Below, piece after piece: positions 9,616-19,920 of a stretch of DNA of 64,000 nt. Positions within the stretch are counted from its first letter, which is position 1. Each line of letters opens with the position of its first letter. The translations under genes and the position numbers were made by a program. Under the pieces are notes generated by a model that saw only the letters and a list, made by a program, of their open reading frames with translations, did not search any database and was not told where the DNA came from. The stretch lies in NCBI GenBank assembly GCA_964402425.1, contig CAYOCD010000001.1, positions 82,934-146,933 on the forward strand. Direction: 5' to 3'. This stretch comes from an uncultured Gammaproteobacteria bacterium. GTDB lineage: Bacteria; Patescibacteriota; Patescibacteriia; UBA9934; GWF2-40-263.

Positions 9616-10560
9616 TTATGGATTCAGCATAAAGTCCGGATCAATTTGTTCACTCAAATTTTTCCCAGTTGCCGCATTTCCCCAACTTTCCGCATTCTTC
9701 AAATGAAATTCGCACGCTTGTACATAGAGCTTGTTCCAATTCTTTTTTTGTTGATCGAGGTAAGTGTGCACATGCTCGAGCACAGCTCTATTCTGTTCTT
9801 CGAGTTCCAGAATAGGAAGTGCTACACCGCGATCTTGTTGCTTTACAAAAGACGAGTGCGAGAAACTGGCGATCAATGCATCGCCGATAGATTGTCGCAA
9901 GAACATTTCATCCGATGCATCCAGGATCTTATTTCCAACGGCAACAATCTTTACATCAAATCCTTCTGCGTATTTTTTATACTGATGAAACACAGAAACG
10001 GATTTCTCTGTTGGTTCAACCACAATGCATGTGACGTCAAACTTTGTAAACAATCCGGATGCAAATACATCTGCTCCTGCTGTCATATCCACAAGCACAT
10101 ACTCATCTTCACGATCAATCAGATGATTCAAGACCAGTTCGACAGCGCCTGTTTTTGCATGAAAACATTTTGTTCCCAAATCTTCTTCTTGAAATCCTCC
10201 AACCGAAAGTAGTGAGATGTTTCCCATTATTTGCGCGCATGTATCCATGATGGGATTCCTGTTCGAAATACGAAGCAGGTTCGAGCCAGTTCCGGGCGGC
10301 GTTGTCTTGATCATGGATGCATTATCCGGAATCCGATGATTCTTCCCGCGCAAATACGTTTTGATGAGTGGTATTGAATCTGCAAGCGAAGATTTTTCTG
10401 GATTCGATGAACTACCGAGCGTTTGTGCGAGGTGTTGATTAATATCCGCATCGATCGCAAGCACGGCTCGATCTTGTGCAGATAAAAAACGTGCGAACAA
10501 TCCGCACACCGTTGTCTTTCCGCTTCCACCTTTTCCGACAAACGCGATCCGCATAGACAA
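9616..10560 (-). CDS. ParA/MinD/CooC-family P-loop ATPase (deviant Walker A).
   Basis: MRIAFVGKGGSGKTTV (KGGxGKT[ST]) at the N-terminus and Walker-B-like YVLVDMTAG. Orphan: no parB, minC/E or CODH genes adjacent. Confidence 0.6.
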   Translation of the reverse strand: MSMRIAFVGKGGSGKTTVCGLFARFLSAQDRAVLAIDADINQHLAQTLGSSSNPEKSSLADSIPLIKTYLRGKNHRIPDNASMIKTTPPGTGSNLLRISNRNPIMDTCAQIMGNISLLSVGGFQEEDLGTKCFHAKTGAVELVLNHLIDREDEYVLVDMTAGADVFASGLFTKFDVTCIVVEPTEKSVSVFHQYKKYAEGFDVKIVAVGNKILDASDEMFLRQSIGDALIASFSHSSFVKQQDRGVALPILELEEQNRAVLEHVHTYLDQQKKNWNKLYVQACEFHLKNAESWGNAATGKNLSEQIDPDFMLNP

Positions 10561-10606
10561 TGCAACTTACTTGCATTTACAAAGTACCGTACGCAAAAAC
10601 CTCTGT

Positions 10607-10616
10607 CAAGTACTTG
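10607..10616. promoter_or_regulatory. Perfect 10-bp palindrome CAAGTACTTG within the fur / parA-like divergent promoter region. Candidate operator, next to TTGCAA-17-TATTCT promoter-like hexamers.
   Basis: Seen in sequence. TTGCATTT also recurs twice nearby at about 10570 and 10626. Confidence 0.25.
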
Positions 10617-10724
10617 CAATTTTGTTGCATTTGTGATATTCTGCTGTCATCTCGACCGACCAACGGGAACAGAGAGATCCTCAATTCATCACCGACCCCT
10701 CACTCGGGATGAGACAAAAAAACT

Positions 10725-11159
10725 ATGTCTTGCAAAACACACACAAACAACCACACGCAAACTCTCCGAGCCAACCAACTCAAGGCCACACCCGCTCGAC
10801 TTGGTTTGTTAGACGTGTTCGTTCATGCAAAAAAACCACTTTCCGTAAAAGATCTTGAGGAAATTTCCAACAAAAAAGGTTCCGTAGATCGCGTGACGCT
10901 CTATCGAAACGTAGAACAACTTGAAAAACTTGGACTCATCCGAAAAATTCACCTCCAGGGTCGTGAAGCTCTTTATGAAACAATCGAATCCAACCACCAT
11001 CATCACATGGTCTGTAAATCCTGTGGAATTGTGAAGGATGTTGATTCATGTGGGGTCGAGAAATTCGAAACCTCACTGCTCAAATCAACAGGATTTGCGA
11101 GTGTACTCGATCACTCTCTTGAATTCTTTGGACTTTGTAAATCGTGTAAAAAAAAATAA
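10725..11159 (+). CDS. fur: Fur-family metal-responsive transcriptional regulator.
   Basis: Winged-helix N-terminus (ATPARLGLLDVFVHAKKPLSVKDL), His cluster plus CxxC (HHHHMVCKSCG) and C-terminal CKSC, typical of Fur/Zur/PerR. Confidence 0.7.
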   Translation: MSCKTHTNNHTQTLRANQLKATPARLGLLDVFVHAKKPLSVKDLEEISNKKGSVDRVTLYRNVEQLEKLGLIRKIHLQGREALYETIESNHHHHMVCKSCGIVKDVDSCGVEKFETSLLKSTGFASVLDHSLEFFGLCKSCKKK

Positions 11160-11177
11160 GTCGTGCATAAGCACGCC

Positions 11178-12404
11178 TTATTTTTTTTGTTTCATCCCAA
11201 TCGCCTCTTCATAATACATCAGAAGCTTTCTGTGATGTTGATCAAGCGAAAACCGTGTTTCAACAAGATCACGTGCATTGTGACTTAGTTTCTTTTGTAA
11301 ATCATCATCGTAAAAAATGCGCATCAAACTTTCTGTCCAGGAACGCAAATCAAGCGGCGATACCAAAAATCCATTTACGCCATCCTCCACAACCTCTGGA
11401 ATTCCCCCAACACGAGACGCGATCACCGGTTTTCCATGCGCCATTGCTTCCAAAATGGAGAGTCCAAAAACTTCATGCACCCGAGACGGCGCAAGCACAA
11501 CCGTAGCGTGTGCATACAGCTCTTTAAGCTCTTCCCCCATTCGAAACCCAACAAATTCGATATTTGGACACTTATCCCCAGCACGGTGCAACTTGGCCAT
11601 TTCCGGTCCTCTTCCCACGATTTTAAACGTAATGTCTGGCAAGATGGACGCCAATTGAATAATAGTCTCAATCCCCTTCTCTTCTGAGAGTCGCCCGACA
11701 AAGAGCGCGTATTTTTCATGTGAATAATTTGTGCGCGTGCTATTTGGATCTATTCCATACGGCAACACACGCAATTTCTTTTCCGGAAATCCTCCACGTA
11801 TTAATTGTTGTTGAATATATTTTGAGGGACACAAAAACAAATCAACATTGCGAGCATAGATGTTTAACCATCGATGATATTTATGCGTGATGAGCTGTGC
11901 AAAACTCGCAGCAAAAGAATTTTTGTGAAACTTTGAAAACGTTCCTTTCACAATTCCGATATCACGATTATCAGGTCCGCATCCATCTGCCCACACATTA
12001 TACTGCGGAGAAACAAGATGATGATCATGAACGGTCATCACGGTTGGAACACACTGATCAGACAACGTATGAAGAACAGATGGTGAGAGTTGTGTATAAA
12101 TGTTGTGAATATGACACAGATCCGGTTTTTCCCGAGCAATAAGTGTTGCCAACTTTCTACGCGACTCAAGCGAATACACCATGCGTCCAAGTGTATGCAA
12201 ACCGCGTACATTCAACTTTACATTCTCCGTTTCAACCTCTGACGGAAAATACATTTCATACGGCGTTGAAAGATTCTCTGGGTATTTCATGGCAAACGGA
12301 ATCACCGTGTGATTGTTTGACGCAAGCCACCCTGAAAGAGAGAGCATGTAGTTCTCTGCTCCACCACGAAGATAAAAATACTTGTTCGCTTGAATAATTT
12401 TCAT
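11178..12404 (-). CDS. Glycosyltransferase family 4. Likely start MKIIQ at 12404, which overlaps the stop of the upstream gene (ATGA).
   Basis: GT4 C-terminal motif EVFGLSILEAMAHGKPVIASRVGGIPEVV. The listed ORF extends 16 codons upstream, but the ATG at 12404 gives translational coupling with 12401..13924. Confidence 0.7.
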   Translation of the reverse strand: MKIIQANKYFYLRGGAENYMLSLSGWLASNNHTVIPFAMKYPENLSTPYEMYFPSEVETENVKLNVRGLHTLGRMVYSLESRRKLATLIAREKPDLCHIHNIYTQLSPSVLHTLSDQCVPTVMTVHDHHLVSPQYNVWADGCGPDNRDIGIVKGTFSKFHKNSFAASFAQLITHKYHRWLNIYARNVDLFLCPSKYIQQQLIRGGFPEKKLRVLPYGIDPNSTRTNYSHEKYALFVGRLSEEKGIETIIQLASILPDITFKIVGRGPEMAKLHRAGDKCPNIEFVGFRMGEELKELYAHATVVLAPSRVHEVFGLSILEAMAHGKPVIASRVGGIPEVVEDGVNGFLVSPLDLRSWTESLMRIFYDDDLQKKLSHNARDLVETRFSLDQHHRKLLMYYEEAIGMKQKK

Positions 12405-13924
12405 ATTTTTTTCTTTTCTCCAAGCACAACGACAAACCCGCCATACAACCAAAAATAAAATGCAATCGTACGGATTTCAAATACCGTTGAAGTAAATCCA
12501 TTAAACGAGATGGCGATAACACACGCCGCAAACCCAAGAGCAATCGCTTGTGTAAATGGATCTTTCGATCCGCGATACACATCCATGGCATATCGGAACA
12601 ACACAACAAATATCCAAATGAACAAACCAATCCCAAGCGTTCCTGCTTCACCCCAAATGGAAAACCAGTTGTTATCGATATGTCCTTCCACCCCATACAC
12701 CCCAAACGGCAACCCGAGCTTGTCATACACCTTTGTATTACGAAGCGCCGCTACCGCTCCCCCGCCAAATTGTCCGGGACCCACACCAAAAATCGGAGAC
12801 GAAGGAATAACAGCGAGAGGCGTTTGAACGTCCCAATAAATGCGCCCTAATCCATAATATTCTCCACGCCATCGCGCCGCACTAAACGATTCATAAAAAC
12901 GCTCAATAAACGTTTGCCCCGGCGCTTCTGTAATAGTTCGAACAGCAAGACCCGTTAAAGCAACATATCCAAAAACAACGATAATGAATGATACAAGAGC
13001 GATTGCTACACGACGATCTCGCTTCACCCACAAACCAATAAAAAGAAATCCGAAGAGAAACGCAAACCAAGACGCGCGCGAAAATGTCATCATCAAAGCT
13101 AAACTTCCAAAAGCAAATATCCATGGGATCCATCGCTGAATACGCTTCTCTTGTTTTACAAATAAAAATCCTGTTGCGATGAGCAAAAAGATATAAAGAA
13201 AATTTCCTAATCGATCATATCGTCCGAGCGTTGCAAAAATACGAGAACCAGGATCCCAAAATGCTGTTACTCCGGATGTAAGTGTGATGTCCCCAACAAA
13301 TCTTGCATCTGACGGAAGTAAAAACGTATCCATCCGCTCCCCAATAATGGATTGGGAAAAACCTAGACCGCATTCAAAAAGAACGATCCCAAACAAAATG
13401 AGCGTCAATGTTTGAATGAATTTTTTTGATGGCCTGAGATAAACAGCGAGAAAAAAGACAAGCATGAAACGCACAATCTGGCGCATGCCCAAAATAGCAA
13501 CGGGAGGCTCGACTAAATTAATCACCGCGGATCCGGCAAGTACTGCAAGGAATAAAACAAAGGGTAAATCAATAGGCGTCTGCGGAACTTTGATGATTCT
13601 GACAACAACACGCACAAGAACCACAAGTGCAATCACATAAATCAACAACTCTGAAGCGTACCGGATTAAAACATATGCATCTTGCGGCGTATATTTGAGT
13701 AGAAGTGATTCAAACGGTAGATACACTGCAAGAAACCCCAAAATCCAAAGTGGACGAACAATCGTAAGAAAAATTGTGGCACTCAAAAAAATAAGCGCAA
13801 GAACAATTGTTGGAGAAAAAATCGTCTGAAGCAGAATCAAAAACGCCAAACAGAAAAATAATCCCCCAATGTAAAGTGCGGTGTGTTCTTCTGCATGACG
13901 ATAAACGGAACGAAAGTTAAGCAT
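12401..13924 (-). CDS. Polytopic membrane protein, O-antigen ligase/polymerase-like (Wzy_C-type).
   Basis: At least 10 predicted TM helices and a large periplasmic loop. Sits between two GT4 genes. Family call from architecture only. Confidence 0.45.
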   Translation of the reverse strand: MLNFRSVYRHAEEHTALYIGGLFFCLAFLILLQTIFSPTIVLALIFLSATIFLTIVRPLWILGFLAVYLPFESLLLKYTPQDAYVLIRYASELLIYVIALVVLVRVVVRIIKVPQTPIDLPFVLFLAVLAGSAVINLVEPPVAILGMRQIVRFMLVFFLAVYLRPSKKFIQTLTLILFGIVLFECGLGFSQSIIGERMDTFLLPSDARFVGDITLTSGVTAFWDPGSRIFATLGRYDRLGNFLYIFLLIATGFLFVKQEKRIQRWIPWIFAFGSLALMMTFSRASWFAFLFGFLFIGLWVKRDRRVAIALVSFIIVVFGYVALTGLAVRTITEAPGQTFIERFYESFSAARWRGEYYGLGRIYWDVQTPLAVIPSSPIFGVGPGQFGGGAVAALRNTKVYDKLGLPFGVYGVEGHIDNNWFSIWGEAGTLGIGLFIWIFVVLFRYAMDVYRGSKDPFTQAIALGFAACVIAISFNGFTSTVFEIRTIAFYFWLYGGFVVVLGEKKKI

Positions 13925-13986
13925 GCAGATATTATAGCAGAAATAAAAAAACCCCGAAGAAAATCTTCAGAGTTGAGAGTTCTGCC

Positions 13987-16311
13987 TTATTGGCAGACGA
14001 ACATGACTTCAACCGACTTCGTGGTAACCGCATCAAGGACAACGTTATCCGATCCGATCACACCACCCGAAATGGACGACGTGCCCATCTTGGCGCACGT
14101 ACCCGTAGGCTTGCCAGCTGCAGCAAGCGTCGGGTCATAGTACGTAACCGACGTAGTGCTCGGATTGGCTGAACACGATCCGTGAAGGAGCGCGGCAACC
14201 GTTCCGGTACCTGCCGTAATGATCTGCAAAGAGAACTTGGTCATTCCAGACTGCGGCTTCGGAGCCAAGACGACTTCCGCTGCCGTGAGTTTGGTCTTGA
14301 GTGCCGGACCGGACGAACACTGGTACGTGTCAATGAGCGATGCAGCGGGAGAAGAAGGCCACACAACGGTGTACTTCTGACCACACGGCACCTGAATCAC
14401 GTTCAGGCATTGGTTGCATGAAGAAATCATGCCACCGTTGCCATCAGACTTCTGATCGGTCTTGCCATCGCAATTGTTGTCCACGCTATCACACGTGTCC
14501 GCTGCATCCGGCTTAACATTGCCTTCCGCGTCGTTGCAGTCGCCTTCCTTGCACGCTGCCGTGGAAAGGAATGGCATTGCACTGTCGCAGAAGCCGTCCA
14601 TGTCGTCGTCGCAACCTTCATCGGTATCGCCGTCGCAATCGTTATCTGCGCCATCGCAGAGCTCGGTTGCGTTCAGGTACGAGGACTTGTTGGTGTCGTC
14701 GCAGTCCTTGTCGTTCTTGGAGTACCCACTCGGAAGTGCGCACATCATGACCGACTTGGTCGCGTCACCGTAAGTATCGCCGTCCATGTCCTTGTAGTAG
14801 GGGGTCTGGACTTCTTCGTCCACGAGCCCGTCGCAGTCATTGTCTTTTTCGTCACAGGTCTCCGTATCGGCAAGAGCGCTCGAGCTGCAAACCGCGGCAG
14901 AGCCGTTGTTCAAACACTCCACCTTGCCATTGGCACAGACACCGACGCCGCAGGCTTCGCCCAACTTCTTGGTGCTGCCGTCGTAGTCCTTGGCCGTGTA
15001 GCCTTCATCCATCTGAGCATCACAGTCATCGTCCACGCCGTTGCACTTTTCCGTTGCGCCGGGATAGACCGAATCGTTGCCGTCGTTGCAGTCACCATCG
15101 ACTTTAACGACGTAGCCATTAAACGCTCCGCACTGAAGAGAACCAGAGCCTCCACCGAACGTATCGTTGTCTGCATCTTTGTAGTACACAGACTTCGGCT
15201 CGAGGCCATTGTCAACGATGCCATTGCAATCGTTGTCCTTGCCGTCGCACGATTCACTGGTGGCATTGCCACCAGTGGAACATACTGCCGATTTACCATC
15301 GACTGCACACTGCACGCTGCCGTTTGCACAGACACCGACGCCGCAGGCTTCGCCCAGGGCCTTGGTGCTGTCGTCGTAATCCTTGAAGGAGAACCCTTCA
15401 TCGGTCTGACCGCTGCAGTTGTTGTCAATATTGTCACAAGCTTCCGCAGCCTTCGTATTGACGGCACTCTTTTTGTCGTCGCAATCGTCTGCCGCAGTCG
15501 CAGTAAACGTCGAATTGGTGTCTTCGGGGTCCTTGCCGGCGCCGCAAAGGCACTTAGCAGAAGAACCCTTGGCACCAAAGGTGTCCTTGTCGCCGTCCGG
15601 ATAGAAATCCGTGCAGCCCTGCGCATCCACTTCGTCAGTCAGACCATCACAGTCGTCGTCGACGCCATTGCACGCTTCGGGGAGCTTGTTGGTTTCATTG
15701 TCCGCCGTGACTGAGCACGAGCAAGCACCATTTGCACACGTGCTCTTGCCCTTCTTCGCACACACACCGTTGCCGGCCGTGCACGTTGCAAAAGCATTAA
15801 AGCAGACGCCTGACACACCGTCCGGCTTGAGCGACATCTCGGTCCGCAAGCAAGTCGGATTCATGAGCCAAGTCTTGCTATCGTCCGGATCCGGGAAATA
15901 GGACGGGTATTCGATCTTTGCCTGGCTGATGCAGTCCTGATCCTGCAAGCAGCCGTTGTAGACGCACGTCTTCTGAGAACCGATGCCGCCGAGCATTTCG
16001 TACGTACAGCCGGAATCCGACTCATAGTACGTACACTTTTTGGTATCGGATCCGCACTTGGTCCATTGGCCCGGCCCCTCTGCATTGCAGTTGGGATCGT
16101 CCGTGGGAGTACAGTCTTGCGACTGCCAAATGGTCGCAGTCGGATCATTGGGATCCTGAACCGCCGTCATCGTCAACGCGGGAGTAATCACCGCGAACCC
16201 CGATTTGTCCGATTCGGACGTGTCGGGCTTCTGAGTCGGCGCACCGATGTCGGCACAGGCCGAAGCGAGCAGCGCCAAAAAACAACTGAGATAAAGTGCA
16301 AAACTGCGCAT
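13987..16311 (-). CDS. Secreted Cys/Asp-rich repeat protein with multiple MopE-like putative metal-binding repeats (C..DNDCDG..DE). Likely start MRSFALYL at 16311.
   Basis: More than 8 copies of CxGxDDDCDGxxDE / CDxKDNDCDGLVDE. Signal peptide MRSFALYLSCFLALLASACA. G+C visibly higher than flanks. The listed ORF extends 38 codons upstream; AAGGAG precedes the ATG at 16311. Confidence 0.6.
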   Translation of the reverse strand: MRSFALYLSCFLALLASACADIGAPTQKPDTSESDKSGFAVITPALTMTAVQDPNDPTATIWQSQDCTPTDDPNCNAEGPGQWTKCGSDTKKCTYYESDSGCTYEMLGGIGSQKTCVYNGCLQDQDCISQAKIEYPSYFPDPDDSKTWLMNPTCLRTEMSLKPDGVSGVCFNAFATCTAGNGVCAKKGKSTCANGACSCSVTADNETNKLPEACNGVDDDCDGLTDEVDAQGCTDFYPDGDKDTFGAKGSSAKCLCGAGKDPEDTNSTFTATAADDCDDKKSAVNTKAAEACDNIDNNCSGQTDEGFSFKDYDDSTKALGEACGVGVCANGSVQCAVDGKSAVCSTGGNATSESCDGKDNDCNGIVDNGLEPKSVYYKDADNDTFGGGSGSLQCGAFNGYVVKVDGDCNDGNDSVYPGATEKCNGVDDDCDAQMDEGYTAKDYDGSTKKLGEACGVGVCANGKVECLNNGSAAVCSSSALADTETCDEKDNDCDGLVDEEVQTPYYKDMDGDTYGDATKSVMMCALPSGYSKNDKDCDDTNKSSYLNATELCDGADNDCDGDTDEGCDDDMDGFCDSAMPFLSTAACKEGDCNDAEGNVKPDAADTCDSVDNNCDGKTDQKSDGNGGMISSCNQCLNVIQVPCGQKYTVVWPSSPAASLIDTYQCSSGPALKTKLTAAEVVLAPKPQSGMTKFSLQIITAGTGTVAALLHGSCSANPSTTSVTYYDPTLAAAGKPTGTCAKMGTSSISGGVIGSDNVVLDAVTTKSVEVMFVCQ

Positions 16312-16463
16312 CTTCTTCTCCTTGAGGGAACACACACAGGATACCGCCCGTGCCACGGTGAGGTTGAAATCAACCTCGACAGCAGCTTGCATAAGAAATC
16401 CTTCGCTTTGCTCAGGATGACACACGTAAACTATTGTCGAATTTGATTTGAAAAAATGGGACG

Positions 16464-16502
16464 GGTGTGAGGAAGGCGGAAGAGTACCACTTTCCTCACA
16501 CC
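16464..16502 (-). terminator. Hairpin (10-bp stem GGTGTGAGGA/TCCTCACACC) with a GGCGGAAGAG loop, followed on the minus strand by CCCATTTTTT. Intrinsic terminator after 16520..18148 and a mini-member of the GA-rich repeat family.
   Basis: Seen in sequence: gggtgtgaggaaggcggaagagtaccactttcctcacacc. Confidence 0.5.
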
Positions 16503-16519
16503 ACGTCTAGACCTACTGA

Positions 16520-18148
16520 CTAGAAATTACACGCAGGAACGTCCTTGGCGGTCAGATCGTACTCGATCGTTACACCAACAACAACATTACCAGGCGTTGC
16601 TTTTTTGATTTCAATATTCGTGAAGCTGTCGATAAGCTTCACGAATGTCGTCTCGACCCACACAAACTTCGGATCGAAATCGATCTGGACGAATACACTG
16701 ATGTGTAGGGTCTTACCCTGCTTGAGTTCGGCACACACATCCGCCATGAGAGGCGAAGACGCGACCTTCTCGAACGTCATGACGATCTTCTTGTCCGCGA
16801 TCGCATCACCAAAGTAATACGCCACGCCACACGAATATCCGTCAGACTCCTTGTAGAGATCAGGGTTTGAGCATGTCATTAGGAATTTTCGATCTTCCCA
16901 CTGACACCCCTTGGCACCTTGGCAAAAGTCCTTGGTGAAATTATTACCATCTTCGCAGAGCGCGTCGGGTTCCTTGGGAGGCATCGGGAGGCCGGTGCAG
17001 GCGTTGTCTTTGCCGTCGCAGAGCTCGGGCGCGCCTGGATAGACATCCGAATCCGTGTCATCACAGTCCGCATTCGGACCAAACGCGAGCGCCATGCCAG
17101 CCGGAGCCGAACACGCGAGCGTGGTCTTAGATGTCGGGTTTCCATACCCATCACCGTCTGCATCCATGTGATAAACCATCTGCACACCATCGTCGGTCTG
17201 CCCATTGCAGTTGTCGTCGACTTCGTTGCAGGTTTCAACCGCACCGGGATGAATCTTCTTTCCGGTAACCGGCGTGTCGTTGCAGTCCGTGCTCGTGGTA
17301 GTTGCACCAACGGGCGCGTCACATGCTTCAACCTTCTTATCAGGAGCGCCGTAGCCATCGCCATCGTCGTCCTTAAAGTAGGTCTTTTTAACTTTGTCAC
17401 CATCGTCGACTAGCTTGTTGCAATCGTTGTCGACGTTGTCGCAGACTTCCGGGTTGCCCGGGAAGCGCTTGGCATCGGCATCATCGCAATCAGTGCCTGA
17501 AACAACGACACCCTTTTCAGGCTTGCAAGCCTTGACGGGCTTACTCACTGAACCATGACCATCAAGATCCTGATCAACGAAGAAATCACCCTTCACACCT
17601 TCGTCGGTCTGCCCATTGCAGTTGTCGTCGATGTCCGGCGTGTCGCAAGTTTCCTTCATTCCAGGATTGATGATCTTCAGGTTGTCGTTGCAGTCGTCGC
17701 CGTTTGCGACGTACTTCAGAGCGAAGCCACTGCACGCACCCGACAATTCACTTGCCGGATTGCCATAGCCATCACCATCATTGTCGAAATACCACGACTT
17801 CGTGGTGTCGTCGACCTTATAGTTACAGTCGTTGTCGACCTTGTCGCACTGCTCTTTTGCGTCCGGGTGGACGCTTGGAGCGGCATCATCGCAATCGTTC
17901 ATGTTCAAGACGTGCCCCGGAGGGGGCGCGTTCTTACATGTCACGTATGGCTTCGCAGGATCGCCAAAGCCATCCTTGTCGCCATCGAGGTAAAACGTCT
18001 GCTCGACGCATGGCGTCGGAGTCAGGTTGTTCGAACCTCCCGCGACGAAATCGTCATCGGCCGGAAAGACACCTGTGCCAGAGGCACAGCCAGCGATAGC
18101 CAACGCCATCGCAAGACACTGGAAGCGCAGCTTCATCGCGGTCTCCAT
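16520..18148 (-). CDS. Cys/Asp-rich repeat lipoprotein (MopE-like repeats; lipobox AIAGC).
   Basis: MKLRFQCLAMALAIAGCASG. Repeats CDxVDNDCNxKVDD and CDNVDNDCNKLVDDG. High G+C. Confidence 0.6.
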   Translation of the reverse strand: METAMKLRFQCLAMALAIAGCASGTGVFPADDDFVAGGSNNLTPTPCVEQTFYLDGDKDGFGDPAKPYVTCKNAPPPGHVLNMNDCDDAAPSVHPDAKEQCDKVDNDCNYKVDDTTKSWYFDNDGDGYGNPASELSGACSGFALKYVANGDDCNDNLKIINPGMKETCDTPDIDDNCNGQTDEGVKGDFFVDQDLDGHGSVSKPVKACKPEKGVVVSGTDCDDADAKRFPGNPEVCDNVDNDCNKLVDDGDKVKKTYFKDDDGDGYGAPDKKVEACDAPVGATTTSTDCNDTPVTGKKIHPGAVETCNEVDDNCNGQTDDGVQMVYHMDADGDGYGNPTSKTTLACSAPAGMALAFGPNADCDDTDSDVYPGAPELCDGKDNACTGLPMPPKEPDALCEDGNNFTKDFCQGAKGCQWEDRKFLMTCSNPDLYKESDGYSCGVAYYFGDAIADKKIVMTFEKVASSPLMADVCAELKQGKTLHISVFVQIDFDPKFVWVETTFVKLIDSFTNIEIKKATPGNVVVGVTIEYDLTAKDVPACNF

Positions 18149-18282
18149 TTAAAGAGTGTACTGGCGCAGGCCCGCCCGTACGTTGTTGTGTGTAGATCAC
18201 GGCCTGATTCCATGGCTTAATTAGCACTAGAATCAGCTCACAATCGACCCGGAAAAATATCATGTTTTGAGAAAAATGTCAA

Positions 18283-18413
18283 GGGAAAAGGGCGGAAGTG
18301 GCAGAAAAGGCGGAAGAGGCGGAAAGGAACACAAAGTGGGAAGCGCAAAAAAATGCGCGGAAACAGACATTCCTTTCCGCCCTTTCCGCCTCTTCCGCCC
18401 TTTCTGCCTTTCC
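18283..18413. repeat. GA-rich palindromic element A: arms of about 45 bp (GGAAAAGGGCGGAAGTGGCAGAAAAGGCGGAAGAGGCGGAAAGG / inverted copy) around a 40-nt loop containing the mini-hairpin GCGCAAAAAAATGCGC.
   Basis: Seen in sequence, between two lipoprotein genes. Confidence 0.7.
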
Positions 18414-18478
18414 TTAAAAAATGAAAAATCCCTCAGTTTCTTGCGAAACCAAGGGACGAGTTGAGGGGTCCAGGGCTG

Positions 18479-19438
18479 CTACTTGCAGTCGTGGATTTCG
18501 AGGTTGACCGAGCAGCCGCCTTCAGGGGCAGGCCACTTCTTGACGAGCTTTGTGACGTCGAGGATCGAGCCATCGCCCTTGACCACGAAGATCACGGCGT
18601 CGGGGTTGATCTTGTCGTCCATGCAGAGCCACTCGCTTGCCGGCTTGCCGTGGGCCGTGTTGAAGCGGACACCGCAGGCGTTGCCGTCGGGAACGAGCGT
18701 GAAGACGATGTTGTTGATCGACTCCTGGAACCAGACCCAGTCCTTGCCGATGTCCGCTTGCGCGTAGTACGGCACCGCCATGATCTTCTGACCCATCTTC
18801 TCAGACGGCCAGGAGACGACGAGGGCGAAATTGTCGCCGAGGAGCAGGTCGTCGAACGACTCGCGGGGGGCACAACCTTCGTCGGTCTTGCCGTCGCAGT
18901 CGTTGTCGATGTCGTCGTCACACGTCTCGGTCGCGTCCTGGTTCAACCAGAAGCCGTCGACCTTGCCGTCACTGTTGGCATCCTTCGCCGAGTCGTTGCA
19001 GTCGCCCCCGTGAGCCGAATAGCCCTTGGGAACTTCTGCACCGATGCACACGGTGGTCACTTCCTTCGACAGGCCGTAACCGTCCTTGTCGCCATCGAAG
19101 TAAACTTCTTCGGTCAGGCCTTCATCGGCATGACCGTCGCAGTTGTTGTCGATGCCGTCGCAGATCTCCACGGCGTACTTGTTCACCGCCGGGTTGGTCT
19201 CGTCGCAATCGTTGCCGAGTGCGGGCGAGAAGCCGTCGCCATCCAAGTCACCGTAGACCTTCTTGGGGGTCTCGGTCTCGGTGGGCGTGGTCGCAGCCGG
19301 CGGGTCGACAGTGCTGGTCGTCTCGTCGGTCGCACCTTGCTCGTCGTCCGTCGCATCGAAGACACCGTTGCCACTTTCGCAGGCACCGAAGGAGATAATG
19401 GTCGCGATAGCCAGAAACAGCTTGAGAAACGTATTCAT
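18479..19438 (-). CDS. Cys/Asp-rich repeat lipoprotein (lipobox SFGAC; repeats CDGIDNNCDGHADEG, DNDCDGKTDEGC).
   Basis: MNTFLKLFLAIATIISFGACESG. Paralogous to neighbouring genes. Confidence 0.6.
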   Translation of the reverse strand: MNTFLKLFLAIATIISFGACESGNGVFDATDDEQGATDETTSTVDPPAATTPTETETPKKVYGDLDGDGFSPALGNDCDETNPAVNKYAVEICDGIDNNCDGHADEGLTEEVYFDGDKDGYGLSKEVTTVCIGAEVPKGYSAHGGDCNDSAKDANSDGKVDGFWLNQDATETCDDDIDNDCDGKTDEGCAPRESFDDLLLGDNFALVVSWPSEKMGQKIMAVPYYAQADIGKDWVWFQESINNIVFTLVPDGNACGVRFNTAHGKPASEWLCMDDKINPDAVIFVVKGDGSILDVTKLVKKWPAPEGGCSVNLEIHDCK

Positions 19439-19815
19439 CTGAACTTCCTTTCCCTTGCGGGAGTCTTATCTTGCCTGACAGAACTTTCTGCCCGACCTGA
19501 CTCGACACTCCCCGCAGGGAGATTTTTTTGTTGAAACACCGGGAATCCGGGACAGCAGAGGCTTTTGAGACCCCTACGAATGTGAGTTTGGGTACTGATA
19601 CGAGAATTTCTTTCGATTTATCATCTACATCATCTAGTTCACGCAAACACACATTTGTAAGGACCTCGTTTTCAAGCCTTATTGCTCATTTAGTAACAAG
19701 CAACTATACCATAAAATCGCACTTTTGTCAAGGGTTGCTGGATGCAATTTGGAACAAATATTGGGCTTTTTTGATTATTTGGCTATTTTTGTCAGGGATT
19801 ATGAGACAAAGTAAA

Positions 19816-19920
19816 AGCTGGAGAGGCGAGAGAGGCTGGAGATGCTTGAGAGGCTTTAGAAACGCGCTTTTCCCCTCCCCTTCGGCCTCTCTCGCCTCTC
19901 CAGCCTTTCAAGCCTTCCCC
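19816..19920. repeat. GA-rich palindromic element D (GAGAGGCGAGAGAGGCTGGAGATGCTTGAGAGGC ... GCCTCTCTCGCCTCTCCAGCC). Preceded by the TTTTGTCAGGG leader motif at about 19786.
   Basis: Seen in sequence. Shares the core GATGCTTGAGAGGCTTTAGAAACGCGCTTT with element E. Confidence 0.7.

Noticed and set aside
9009-10212. Plus-strand ORFs 9009..9632 and 9568..10212
   Set aside because: They are antisense to the HExxH peptidase and ParA-like genes, which have clear motifs, and show no recognisable features.
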